DNA of 64,000 nucleotides, taken from positions 352,001 to 416,000 of the forward strand of contig CAVVEU010000008.1 in the NCBI GenBank assembly GCA_963747235.1, written 5' to 3'. A model generated the notes under the pieces. That model saw only the letters and a list, made by a program, of their open reading frames with translations. It was not told the DNA's origin and did not search any database. This document shows, one piece after another, positions 42,629-53,231 of this stretch. The stretch comes from an uncultured Candidatus Rokubacteria bacterium. Its GTDB lineage: Bacteria > Methylomirabilota > Methylomirabilia > Rokubacteriales > CSP1-6. Made by a program: the position numbers and the translations under genes. The first letter of the stretch is position 1. Each line of letters begins with the position of its first letter.

Positions 42629-43097
42629 GGCGCCGCCCGCGGACGTGACGCTCGAGCCGATGACGCTCGAGGACCTGGACGACGTGCTGGTGATCGAGCG
42701 CGCGTCGTTCCAGACCCCGTGGTCCCGCGGCGCGTTCCGCTACGAGCTGACCCAGAATCGCGTCGCGCGGTGCTCGGTGGCGCGCTGGCAGGGCCGGCTC
42801 GTCGGCTACCTCTGTCTCTGGGAGATCGGCCACGAGATCCACGTGACCAACCTGGCGACGCATCCCGACGTCCGCCGCCACGGCGTGGCGCGCGCGCTGC
42901 TGGGCGCGGTGCTCGACGACGCCCGGGGGCGCGCGGTGACCCTGGCCTTCCTCGAGGTGCGGCCCACCAACGCGGAGGCCCTCGGGCTCTACGAGCGCTT
43001 CGGCTTCCGGGTCATCGGCCGGCGCAAGGGCTACTACTTCGACACCGGCGAGGACGCCCTGGTGATGGAGGCCCGCCTGAGCGGGGAGGTGCTCTGA
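42621..43097 (+). CDS. rimI: Ribosomal protein S18 alanine N-acetyltransferase
   Basis: IERASFQTPWS, HVTNLA, LEVRPTN, RRKGYY...EDALVM. Confidence 0.92.
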   Translation: MREAPPADVTLEPMTLEDLDDVLVIERASFQTPWSRGAFRYELTQNRVARCSVARWQGRLVGYLCLWEIGHEIHVTNLATHPDVRRHGVARALLGAVLDDARGRAVTLAFLEVRPTNAEALGLYERFGFRVIGRRKGYYFDTGEDALVMEARLSGEVL

Positions 43098-44060
43098 CCG
43101 ACCTCGTCCGCCGGATGCTCGACGGCGACCGTCTGGCGCTGGCACGCCTCATCACCCGGGTCGAGAACCGGCTGCCCGACGTGCCGGAGATCATGCGGGC
43201 GGTCCACGACCGCACCGGCCGCGCGTACGTGCTCGGCATCACCGGGCCCCCCGGCGCCGGCAAGTCCACGCTGGTGGACCGCGTGACGAGCCTGCTGCGC
43301 GCCGAGAAGCTCCCGGTCGGCGTGATCGCGGTCGATCCCTCGAGCCCCTTCACGGGCGGCGCGGTGCTCGGCGACCGCATCCGCATGCAGGCCCACACGC
43401 TCGACCCGGACGTGTTCATCCGCAGCATGGCCACGCGCGGGCAGCCTGGGCGGGCTGGCCCGGGCCACCGGCGACGTCATCAAGCTCATGGACGCCTTCG
43501 GCTTCCCGTGGATCATCATCGAGACGGTCGGGGTCGGGCAGACCGAGCTCGACATCATCCGCCAGGCCGACACCACCGTGGTGGCGCTGGTGCCGGAGTC
43601 GGGCGACTCGATCCAGGCCATGAAGGCGGGGCTCATGGAAGTGGCCGACATCTTCGTGGTCAACAAGGCCGACCGCGACGGCGCCCACGCCCTGATGGCC
43701 GAGCTGCGCTTCAGCGTGCATCTCCACTACACGAGCGGCGCCGGGCCGAAGGACGTGGACTGGGAGGTGCCGGTGCTGGCCACCCAGGCCGCCAACGACG
43801 TGGGGATCGACGCGCTGCTCGCCGACGTGCGGAAGCACCGGAGCGCGCTGGAGCAGGCGGGCGCGCTCGAGAAGCGGCGCCAGGCGCGCCGGCGCGCCGA
43901 GCTGGAAGCGCTGCTGGTCGAGGAGCTCACCGCCCAGGTCACCGCGCGGGTGCAGGCCGACCCCGCGCTTGCGCGCACGCTCGACGCGGTGACCACCGGC
44001 GCGCTCGATTCCTACTCGGCGGTGGCCCAGATCCTCGCCCAGACCCTCACGCGGCCTTGA
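43094..44060 (+). CDS. meaB: Methylmalonyl-CoA mutase-associated GTPase; probable CTG start
   Basis: GITGPPGAGKST, VDPSSPFTGGAVLGDRIRM, ETVGVGQ, NKAD. Confidence 0.92.
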
Positions 44061-44106
44061 CACCCCTGCGAGCCCACTCCACTATGCTGTCCATGAGGCG
44101 CCCCTG

Positions 44107-46104
44107 ATGCTGCCTTCGCACACCTGGTACGGCGTCATCCCCGGTTGGCTCATCTTCTACGCGATGATCGCGGTGGCCGGCGCGCTCTTCACGCGACGGG
44201 CCTGGTTCCTCCTGCGCCTGCTCCGGAAGGGCAAGGCGATGCCGCGCTGGGACCACGTCCCCACGCGCGTCGGGCGCGTGATCGTCTACGTCTTCGCCCA
44301 GGCCCGGCTGCTCGCCAACGACTTCTGGCCGGGGCTGATGCACGCGATCATCTTCTGGGGCTTCGTCGTCCTCACCCTCGGCACCGTCGAGTTCTTCGGC
44401 CGTGGGGTCACCGAGGCGTTCTTCCTGCCGCTCCTGTCCGAGACGCCGCACTACCTGATCCTCCAGGATCTGCTTCAGCAGCGCTGGTGATCCTCGCGGT
44501 GGGCTACGCGCTCTTCCGGCGGCTCGTCACGAAGCCGAAGCGGCTCAACTTCTCGACCGAGGCCCTGGTGATCCTGCTGCTGATCCTGGGCCTCATGGTG
44601 ACGGACCTGGTGGCGGACGCCGGCCCACATGCGGCTCGTCCCCGAGGCCCACAACCACTGGCAGTTCGCGGGGAGCGCCATCGCCGCGGGCGCTCGGCGG
44701 CCTCTCCGCCGACCGCGGTGCAGGTGGTCTTCCACCTGTCCTGGTGGGCGCACGCGGGCCTGCTCCTGGGCTTCCTGGTGCTGCTGCCCTACTCCAAGCA
44801 CCTGCACATCCTGGTCTCGCCGCTCAACGTCTTCTTCTCGCCGCTCGAGCCGAAGGGCCAGTCCCGCAGCATGGATCTCGAGAACTCGGAGACCTTCGGG
44901 GTCGGCAGCCTGACCGACCTGGCCTGGAAGGATCTCTTCGACACCTACAACTGCACCGAGTGCGGCCGCTGCACCTCGCGCTGCCCGGCCAACATGAGCG
45001 GCAAGGAGCTCGACCCGAAGTGGCTGATCCTGCACCTGCGCGAGCGCCTCTTCGAGGAGGCCCCGGCGCTGCTCGGCCAGCCGGGCGCGCAAGGCGCCCG
45101 AGAAGACCCTGGTCGGCGACACCATCCACGACAACGTGCTCTGGGCCTGCACCACCTGCCGCTGGTGCGTGGACGCGTGCCCGGTCTTCATCGAGCACGT
45201 GCCGAAGATCGTGGACATGCGCCGCTGGCTGGTGCTCACCGAGTCGCGCTTCCCGGCCGAGCTGCAGCCCGCGTTCCGCAATCTCGAGACCAACGGCAAC
45301 CCGTGGCAGATGTCGTGGCAGACCCGCGCCGACTGGGCGCAGGACCTGGGCGTGAAGCAGATGGCGGAGGTCCGGGAGGCCGAGTACCTCTACTGGGTCG
45401 GCTGCTACGGCTCCTTCGACGAGCGCAACAAGAAGGTGGCGCGCGCGCTGGTGCGGGTGCTGCAGGCGGCGGGCGTGGACTTCGCGATCCTCGGCAACGA
45501 GGAGAAGTGCACCGGCGAGCCGGCCCGGCGCCTCGGCCACGAGTACCTCTACCAGACCCTGGCCCAGGGCAATATCGAGACGCTCAAGCAGTACAAGTTC
45601 CAGACCATCGTGACCGCGTGCCCGCACTGCTTCAACACCATCCGCAACGAGTACCCGCAGTTCGACGGCCACTTCCGGGTGATCCACCACACCCAGCTCC
45701 TGGACGACCTCATCAAGTCCGGACGGCTGCAGCCCGCGCAGCGCGACGGCGAGCGGATCACGTACCACGACGCGTGCAATCTCGGCCGCTACAACGACAT
45801 CTACGACGAGCCGCGGCGCGTGCTGGCCGGCGTGACGCGCGGCGAGCTGGTCGAGATGAAGCTCAACCGCTCGCAGGGCTTCTGCTGCGGCGGCGGGGGC
45901 GGGCGCGCGTGGCTGGAGGAGCACGAGGGGCGCCGGGTGAACCAGCTCCGGGTGGAGCAGGCGATGGAGGTGAAGCCCGACATCCTGGCCTCCGCCTGCC
46001 CGTTCTGCCTGACCATGTTCGAGGACGGGGTGAAGGCGAAGGAAGTCGGCGACAAGATCAAGACGCGCGACATCGTCGAGCTGCTCGCCGAACGCCTGGA
46101 GTAG
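44107..46104 (+). CDS. Membrane-anchored Fe-S oxidoreductase, FadF/HdrD-like (frameshifted)
   Basis: N-terminal TM region with PYSKHLH; CTECGRCTSRCP, CTTCRWCVDACP; CCG domain CCGGGG, ACPFC. Confidence 0.9.
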
Positions 46105-46119
46105 CGCGGGGCCGGGATC

Positions 46120-46508
46120 GTGAAGGACTTGCTCCTCGCCCTGCCGCGGCTCGGCCGCATGCTGATCTCGCTGGCCGCGGATCGCGAGGTGCCGACCGCG
46201 GCCAAGGTCGTGCTCGCCGCGCTGGCGGTCTACCTGGTGAGCCCGATCGACCTGATCCCGGATTTCATCCCGTGGCTGGGCTATCTCGACGACGTGATCC
46301 TGGCCGCGGTGGTGGTGGACGGCGTGCTGAACTTCGTGGATCGCCCGCTGCTGCTCCGCTACTGGCCGGGCTCGCCCGCCTCCCTCGAGCGCACCGCCGC
46401 GGTCGCCCGCCGCCTGGCCCGCTGGGTCCCCAGCCGCATCAAGGCGCGCATCTTCGGCTCTTCCCCCTCTCCCCTCGGGGGAGAGGGCAGGGTGAGGGGT
46501 CCCGATGA
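46120..46508 (+). CDS. DUF1232 (YkvA) family protein; end approximate
   Basis: YLVSPIDLIPDFIPWLGYLDD. Confidence 0.88.
46463..46499 (+). repeat. REP-like palindromic element, copy 2
   Basis: CCCCCTCTCCCCTCGGGGGAGAGGGCAGGGTGAGGGG. Confidence 0.85.
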
Positions 46509-48313
46509 ACCCGCTCTATCACGACGCCATCGAGCGCCGCCTCGCGGTGCCGCTGCACGAAGGCCCCGACAAGACCACCACGCTCGCCGAGGCGATCCGC
46601 CGCCACGTCCACGCCGGGCGACACGGTCTATCTCGGCTCCGCCCACGGCCGGCCGAACCCGGCTGGTGCGCGAGCTGGCGCGCCAGTGGTGGGGCAAGAC
46701 GCCCGGCCTTCACGCTCGCGGCCGTCGGCATCGGCTCGCCCTGGACCGCGCTGATCCACGGCGGCCTGGTGCGCCGGGTCATCACGACGTTCATGGGCGA
46801 GGGCTACCCGTTCCCGACGCCGCAGGCGCTGATCTCGCAGCGCGGTCCTGGACGGCCGGCTCGAGGTCTCGAACTGGTCCATGCTGACCTTCCCGCTGCG
46901 CCTCCTGGCGGGGCGATGGGCGTGCCGTTCCTGCCCGACGCGCTCGCTGCTGGGCTCCACGCATGGAGGAGGACAACGCGCGGAGCGGGGGACTTCATCG
47001 ACCGTCGACGATCCCGTTCGGCGGCCGAGGGCCGCGTGGGCTACGTGCGGGCGCTCGTGCCGGACGTGGCGCTGCTCCACGGCTGGGTCGCCGACCGGGC
47101 CGGCAACGTCATCATCGCCCCGCCGATGAACGAGAACATGTACGGCGCGATGGCCGCGCGCAGAACGGCGCGATCGTGACGGTGGAGACGATCGTGCTCG
47201 ACCGACTTCATCCGCCGCCACGCCAACCTGGTGCAGGCTGCCGTCGCAGTACGTGCGGGCGGTCGTCGGAGACGCCGCAGGGCAGCCACCCGGGCGGCAT
47301 GTACGGCATGAACGTGCCGGAGCTCGAGGGCTACGCGGAGGACATCGACTGGATCCTCGAGTGCCGCCGCGCCTTCAGCAAGCCGGAGACGGCGGACGCG
47401 TGGATCAAGGAGTGGATGCTCGATCGTCCCGACGCACGCGGCCTACCTGGCCAAGCTCGGCTACGCGACGCATCATGGAGACCAAGGGGCAGGGCCGACA
47501 CCGACGCCTGGGTCTCCGAGCTCGAGGCGCTCTCGTCCGGGCTGCCCGCGGCAGCGCGCACCGCCATCGCCGTCCGAGTGGATGGTGGTCGCGGCCGCGC
47601 GGATGCTCGACGAGAAGGTGCGGGCGCGCGGCTACAAGACCTTCCTGGCCGGCGTCGGCAACTCCAACCTGGCCGCCTGGCTGGCCGGCTATCAGCTCAA
47701 GCAGGCGGGCGTGGACGTCGAGCTGATGGCCGAGACCGGCATGGTCGGCTACCTGCCGCGCCCCGCCGAGCCCTTCGTGTTCTCGTTCCGCAACTTCCCG
47801 TCGTGCAAGATGCTGACCGACATCCTCCACGTCATGGGCATCTTCATGGGCGGGCCGCCACAACGCAGTGCCTGGGCTCGCTCGCGGCGGGGCAGATCGA
47901 CAAGCACGGCAACATCAACTCGACGATCATCCCCGGCGTCACCTACGTCACCGGCTCGGGCGGCGCCAACGACATCACCTCTTCCGCGCGGGAGGTGGTG
48001 GTGTGCCTCGAGCAGTCGCCGCAGTCGCTTCGTGGACAAGGTGCCGTACATCACCGCGCCGGGCCGGACCGTGCGCACCGTGGTGTCGGACCGCGGCGTC
48101 TACGAGAAGGCGGGCGAGCACGGCGAGCTGCAGGCTGACCGGCCTCTTCGGCGACGCGCCGGAAGCCAGACCTGGTGCGACGCGGCGCGCGAGGCCTGCG
48201 GCTGGGATCTCGCAGGTCGCGCCCGGCGCTGCAGCCGCTTCGAGGCGCCGACGGCCGACGAGCTGGCCCTGATCCGGCTCTTCGACCCGCGCCGCTACTT
48301 CCTGGGCCAGTAG
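46505..48313 (+). CDS. Fused alpha/beta family I (glutaconate-type) CoA transferase, heavily frameshifted
   Basis: DKTTTLAEAI, PDVALLHG..ADRAGN, GSHPGG, GQIDKHGNINST, GSGGANDI, FVDKVPYITAPG. Confidence 0.8.
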
Positions 48314-48323
48314 GCCCCGCCGC

Positions 48324-49598
48324 ATGGATTCGACGCCATCGCTGCGTCGAGTGCTCGGGCTGACGGAGGTCACGGCCGGGGGAATCGGGATCATCATCGG
48401 CGCCGGCATCTACGTCTTGCTGGGCGCCGCCACCGGGCACGCGGGAGCCATCGTGTGGCTCGCGTTCCTCCTCGCCGCGGTGATGAGCGCATTGAGCGGC
48501 CTGAGCTATGCCGAGCTGAGCGCGATGTTTCCCAGCGCAGCCGGGGAATACGAGTACGCGCGTCAGGCAATGCCGGAGTGGGTCGCGTTCGTCATCGGCT
48601 GGATGATGATCGCGGGCCTCGTGGTGGCGGCGGCGACCGTATCGATCGGCTTCGCCCGCTACGTCGGCTACTTTCTCGACATCGACCCTCGCGCGGCGGC
48701 GGTGGCCCTCGTGGCCGCGGTGTCCCTCGTGGCGATGGCGGGGGTCAAGCAATCGGCCCGGCTCACGGTCGCGCTGAGCGCGGTCCAGGTCGGGGGGCTC
48801 CTGCTCGTCGTGGCGATCGGTCTGCCGCACGTGGGAGACGTCGATCTGCTCGCGGGGCGCGGCCCGGGCGGAGTGATGGGGGCCGCGGCGCTCGTGTTCT
48901 TTGCCTTCATCGGGTTCGACGAGGTCATCACGCTGGCGGAAGAGACGCGCGATCCGACCCGGACCGTCCCTCGCGCGCTGCTGCTGGCGCTCGGGTTGTC
49001 GACCGCACTCTACATCGCGGTGGCGGTGGCCGCCGTGAGCGTGCTCGGCGCCGAGGCGCTGGCCGCGTCCCCGCGCCCGCTCGCCGACGTCATGGCGCAT
49101 GTCCTCGGTGCGCGCGGGGCGGCCGTCGTGGCCGCGATCGCGATCGTCACCACGACGAACACCACGCTGCTGGCCGTCACCGCGGCGTCGCGAATCATGT
49201 ACGGGATGGCGAAGAAAGGGGCGATGCCGCCAGTGTTTGCCGTCATCCACCGGCGGCGAGGCACACCGGTTCGCGCGACGATCGTGGTGGCCTCGGCGGG
49301 CGCCGTGTTTGCCATCTTCGGAGACTTTGCGGTCATCGCCGCCGCAACCGATTTTGCCGTCTATGTCGTCTTTCTCGCGGTGAACACGACCGTCATCATC
49401 CTGCGGCGAAGGCGTCCGGATCTGCCGCGCCCGTTCATGGTCACGTGGGATGTGGGTGGCGTGCCCGTATTGCCGGTCCTCGGGGTCGCGTCGGTGGTGG
49501 TCATGATGACGCAGCTGGATCCGGTCGCGATCGGGCTCGGCGTGGCGCTATCCGTGCTGGGGCTGGCGGCGGGATGGCTCGTGCGGATCGCGCGATGA
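48324..49598 (+). CDS. APC family amino acid permease
   Basis: GIIIGAGIY, SYAELSAMFPSAAGEY, FAFIGFDE, EETRDP. Confidence 0.92.
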   Translation: MDSTPSLRRVLGLTEVTAGGIGIIIGAGIYVLLGAATGHAGAIVWLAFLLAAVMSALSGLSYAELSAMFPSAAGEYEYARQAMPEWVAFVIGWMMIAGLVVAAATVSIGFARYVGYFLDIDPRAAAVALVAAVSLVAMAGVKQSARLTVALSAVQVGGLLLVVAIGLPHVGDVDLLAGRGPGGVMGAAALVFFAFIGFDEVITLAEETRDPTRTVPRALLLALGLSTALYIAVAVAAVSVLGAEALAASPRPLADVMAHVLGARGAAVVAAIAIVTTTNTTLLAVTAASRIMYGMAKKGAMPPVFAVIHRRRGTPVRATIVVASAGAVFAIFGDFAVIAAATDFAVYVVFLAVNTTVIILRRRRPDLPRPFMVTWDVGGVPVLPVLGVASVVVMMTQLDPVAIGLGVALSVLGLAAGWLVRIAR

Positions 49599-50161
49599 TG
49601 GCGCTCCTGAGCTCGTTCGTGGTGGTCGCACTGGCCGAGATGGGCGACAAGACTCAGCTCATCGCGTTGACGCTGGGGCTTCGGTACCGGCGGCCGTGGA
49701 TCGTCATGACCGGGATCCTGATCGCGACGGTCTTCAACCACGCGCTGGCGTCCTGGGTCGGAGTGTGGGGAGCGAGGTGGCTCGACGAGCGGGTGCTCGG
49801 GCTGGCGCTCGGTCTGAGCTTCGTGGCATTCGGGTTCTGGACCCTCGTGCCGGATCGTGCCGAGGCGGCCAGCGAAGGCCGCCGGTGGGGCCCCTTGCTG
49901 ACCACGACGCTGGTGTTCTTCTTCGCTGAGATGGGAGACAAGACGCAGCTGGCGACCGTGGCCCTCGGCGCACGCTTCGGATCCCCGACGCTCGTCACGG
50001 CGGGCACGACGGCCGGGATGCTGGCCGCTGACGCGGTGGCCGTCTTTGCCGGGGCGCACTTCGCGGACCGGGTTCCGATGGGGCTCTTTCGCCGTCTGGC
50101 GGCCGCGCTCTTCTTCCTGTTTGGGATCGTCTCCCTCGCCTCAGCCGTCGGATGGCTGTGA
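49595..50161 (+). CDS. TMEM165/GDT1 (UPF0016) Mn/Ca transporter
   Basis: Two AEMGDKTQL motifs. Confidence 0.93.
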   Translation: MMALLSSFVVVALAEMGDKTQLIALTLGLRYRRPWIVMTGILIATVFNHALASWVGVWGARWLDERVLGLALGLSFVAFGFWTLVPDRAEAASEGRRWGPLLTTTLVFFFAEMGDKTQLATVALGARFGSPTLVTAGTTAGMLAADAVAVFAGAHFADRVPMGLFRRLAAALFFLFGIVSLASAVGWL

Positions 50162-50286
50162 TGCGTATCGCGCGTGACGCGGGTATGCTAGCCGCGATGT
50201 CCAGTCACCGACCGTCCCCTACGTGTCACTGGCGCCACCTACAACCCCGCCCACCACGGCGGCCGCTTCGCCACGCCGAGCTGAGC

Positions 50287-51763
50287 ATGGGGGCACGATC
50301 GGGCGAGCAGTTCCTGCAGGGGCTGCGCAGCACCAAGCGGCAGCTCTGGCTCGAGGGGGAGCGCGTGGACGACGTGACCACGCACCCGGCGCTCGCGGGC
50401 GCGGCGCAGACGCTGGCCGGCGTGTTCGACCGGCTCCACGCGTTTCCCGACGAGTGCCTGATCCCGGACCCGGAGACGGGCGAGCCGCTCAACGTCGGGC
50501 ACATGATCCCGCGCTCGGTCGACGATCTGAAGCATCGCAACCGGGGCCTCGCGCGCATCGCCGAGGCCACCGTCGGCCTCATGGGGCGCACCCCCGACTA
50601 CATGAACGTGAAGTTCGCGAGCTTCGCCGGGCGCTGGAAGGACTGGCTCGGCGCGGACGGCCGGAACGAGGAAGGGGCCCACAACCTCGTGGCGTTCCAG
50701 AAGCGGCTCGCCCGGGACGACATCTCGCTCACCCACACGATCATCCACCCGACCATCGACAAGTCGACCGATTCCCAGATCGTGGGGAACCGGGTGCCCG
50801 TGCACAAGGTCGGCGAGACGCGGGCGGGAGTCGTCGTGCGCGGCGCCCGCATCCTGGCGACGCTGGCGCCGTTCGCCGACGAGATCGCGGTATACCCGGC
50901 GCATCCGCTGCCGTCCGGGGCCGAGGCCTACGCGCTGGCCTTCTCGATCCCGGTGGACACCCCGGGGCTCCTCTTCCTGTGCCGCGACAGCGCGGCCGCG
51001 CCCGGCGCGCACGTGTTCGATCGGCCGCTGTCGACCCGCTTCGACGAGCAGGACGCCTTCGTGATCTTCGACGACGTCGAGATCCCGCGCGAGCGACTGT
51101 TCCTCGACGGCCGACATCGACCTCTACAACACCGTCACCACGACCGGCCTGCGCGACAACATGACGAACCAGACCAGCATCCGCGCGCTCACCAAGCTCG
51201 AGTTCGCCTACGGGCTCGCCAGCCGCATGGCCGAGGCGATCGGCGACTCGAGCCCGACGACGCAGGAGATGCTGGGCGAGCTGCTCGACTACGTCGAGGT
51301 CACCCGCAGCGCGGTCCTCCTCTCGGCCGAGCACGGGCGGGACGTGGGCGAGGGGGTGTGGTTCCCCGACGGCCGGCCCCTCGCGCCCATGCGGTCGCTC
51401 CTGGCGACGTGGTTCCCGCGGGTGAACGAGATCATCATGCTCATCGGCAGCCACAATCTCCTGGCCGCGCCGAGCCGCCGGCTGTTCGACGACGGCAGGC
51501 TTCGTCCGCTCATCGACGAGTTCCTGCACGGCGCGAAGGGCGTCGACGCCGAGGAGCGGGCGGCGCTGTTCCGGCTCGCCTGGGATTTCGTCGGCTCGAG
51601 CCTCGCGGGCCGGAACGTTCTCTACGAGCGCTTCTACCTCACCTCGGCGGCGCGCAACCGCATCAACCACCACCTGCGGAACGTCGACCGGACCCGCGCC
51701 TATGGGCTTGTCGACGGCATCCTGGCGGCCGGACGCAGGGCGGGGGGCGTCAGCGAGACGTAG
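50287..51763 (+). CDS. 4-hydroxyphenylacetate 3-hydroxylase (HpaB) family flavin monooxygenase
   Basis: MGRTPDYMN, VVRGARILAT, RFDEQDA, RLAWD...GRNVLYERFY; one frameshift. Confidence 0.9.
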
Positions 51764-52940
51764 GATCCCGGCGCAGCTGCGCCAGGTACGCGGCCGCGCC
51801 GAGCAGCGGCACCGCGCCGGCCGCGACGAGCGCCCCGCCGAAGCCCCACGTCCCCGCGGCAAGGCCCAGTCCCCAAGGCCCCAGGAGCTGCGCCATGTCC
51901 GCCCCGAGCCCGAACGTGTTCATGGCGGCGCCGCGGCCCTCGGGAGGGGCCGCATCGCCGACGAGGGCCGGGAGGACCACGAAGGCCACGCCGAACAGCG
52001 CACCGTAACCGATCGCCAGGATGAAGAACGCGGGGAGGCCCGCGGCGACGCTCAAGCCGATCAATGTGGCCGCCACCCCGACCATTGCCGGCACGAGCAC
52101 GATGCGCCGGCCATAGCGGTCGGCCAGGCGCCCGGCAAGCAGCCGGCTGGCCACGGCGCCCATTTGCGACCCGAGAAAGAGGATCCCGGGATTGCCCACG
52201 CCGCGACCGATCGCCCACAGCGGCAGGAACGCGGAGAAGCCGGTGTTGGGCACCTGGGCGCAGAAGTTCAGGAACGCCGGCGTGAGCCCTTCCCGACGGA
52301 AGTTCGTCCGCAGTCCATAGGGATGCGCGCGTCCCAGGGGCCGAAACGGGCTGAGGGTCGCCCAGAAGCAGGCGCCGCTCAGCAGCGCCACCGAGACGGC
52401 GCCGATGGCGACCGCCGCCAGACGGTCGGGTGGGAGGGCGCCCTCGGGCAAGAAGCTCTGGTAGAGCCCGACCAGTATCGGAGGGCCGATGCCTACCCCC
52501 AGCGTGAGTCCCAGCGCCACGTACCCTTGCACCTCGCTGCCACGTCCGGGCGGAGCGACCTCGACCGAGAGGGTGTAGAACGCGGTGGTGCCGATGCTGA
52601 ACGCGGTGCCGGTGAGCACCCGGTTCGCCAGCACCGCCCAGCCGGTGGGGACGAGCAGCAGCGCGGCCGCGCAGGCAAGCAGGACGAGGGCGAGCACGAG
52701 GGGCACCCGCCGCCCGAAGGCGTCGAGGATCCACCCGCCGAAGGGGCGCACGCAGAGCTGGGCCACGCCGGTGGCCCCGAGCATGACGCCGATGCTGCGG
52801 GCGTCGTAGCCCTGGTCGTGCAGGAACAGGGGCAGCACGGCGAGGGCCCCGAAATGGCCGGCCGTCCACAGGAACAACCCGCTCATGAGGGCGAGCACGT
52901 TGCGCCTGAGGGTCGTCGCCGTGTCGCCCCGCACGGTCAC
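51750..52940 (-). CDS. MFS transporter
   Basis: Twelve-TM pattern, GWILDAFGRR and GRLADRYGRR. Confidence 0.9.
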   Translation of the reverse strand: MTVRGDTATTLRRNVLALMSGLFLWTAGHFGALAVLPLFLHDQGYDARSIGVMLGATGVAQLCVRPFGGWILDAFGRRVPLVLALVLLACAAALLLVPTGWAVLANRVLTGTAFSIGTTAFYTLSVEVAPPGRGSEVQGYVALGLTLGVGIGPPILVGLYQSFLPEGALPPDRLAAVAIGAVSVALLSGACFWATLSPFRPLGRAHPYGLRTNFRREGLTPAFLNFCAQVPNTGFSAFLPLWAIGRGVGNPGILFLGSQMGAVASRLLAGRLADRYGRRIVLVPAMVGVAATLIGLSVAAGLPAFFILAIGYGALFGVAFVVLPALVGDAAPPEGRGAAMNTFGLGADMAQLLGPWGLGLAAGTWGFGGALVAAGAVPLLGAAAYLAQLRRDPTSR

Positions 52941-53095
52941 GCCTCGGTGACGCGAGCCTTCACGGCGGAGACCAGCTCCGGCGTCACCGTGAGCGGAAGG
53001 ATCTCGTCCATCGTCTGCGCGCGGGCGACGAACTGGCAGGACGTGCCCGAGACATCGGCACAGTGCAGGACCTTCTCCATCTGGATCTCTTTCAT
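52937..53095 (-). CDS. DUF1059-like small protein with apparent internal deletion
   Basis: VLHCADVSGTSCQFVARAQTMDEIL...TPELVSAVKARV; GGAGGA SD; central His-containing helix absent. Confidence 0.6.
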   Translation of the reverse strand: MKEIQMEKVLHCADVSGTSCQFVARAQTMDEILPLTVTPELVSAVKARVTEA

Positions 53096-53181
53096 GGTCT
53101 CTCCTCCGGTTGCGGCCGCCATCGGCCGCGATGAGATGATCTGCGTGCGGCCAGGCTACGGCCCCGCCCTCGATCAGGTCG

Positions 53182-53196
53182 GTACGAAATCCGTAC
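53182..53196. promoter_or_regulatory. Candidate palindromic operator GTACG-N5-CGTAC
   Basis: Located between the divergent DUF1059-MFS unit and the HxlR gene. Confidence 0.5.
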
Positions 53197-53231
53197 TGCC
53201 CGGCGGGCGGACTCCGGAGTATCGTCGGAGC

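Noticed and set aside
44093-44107. Mini-ORF MRRP* overlapping the Fe-S oxidoreductase start
   Set aside because: ATG is too close to the -10 box; its GAGG is better explained as the SD of the downstream gene.
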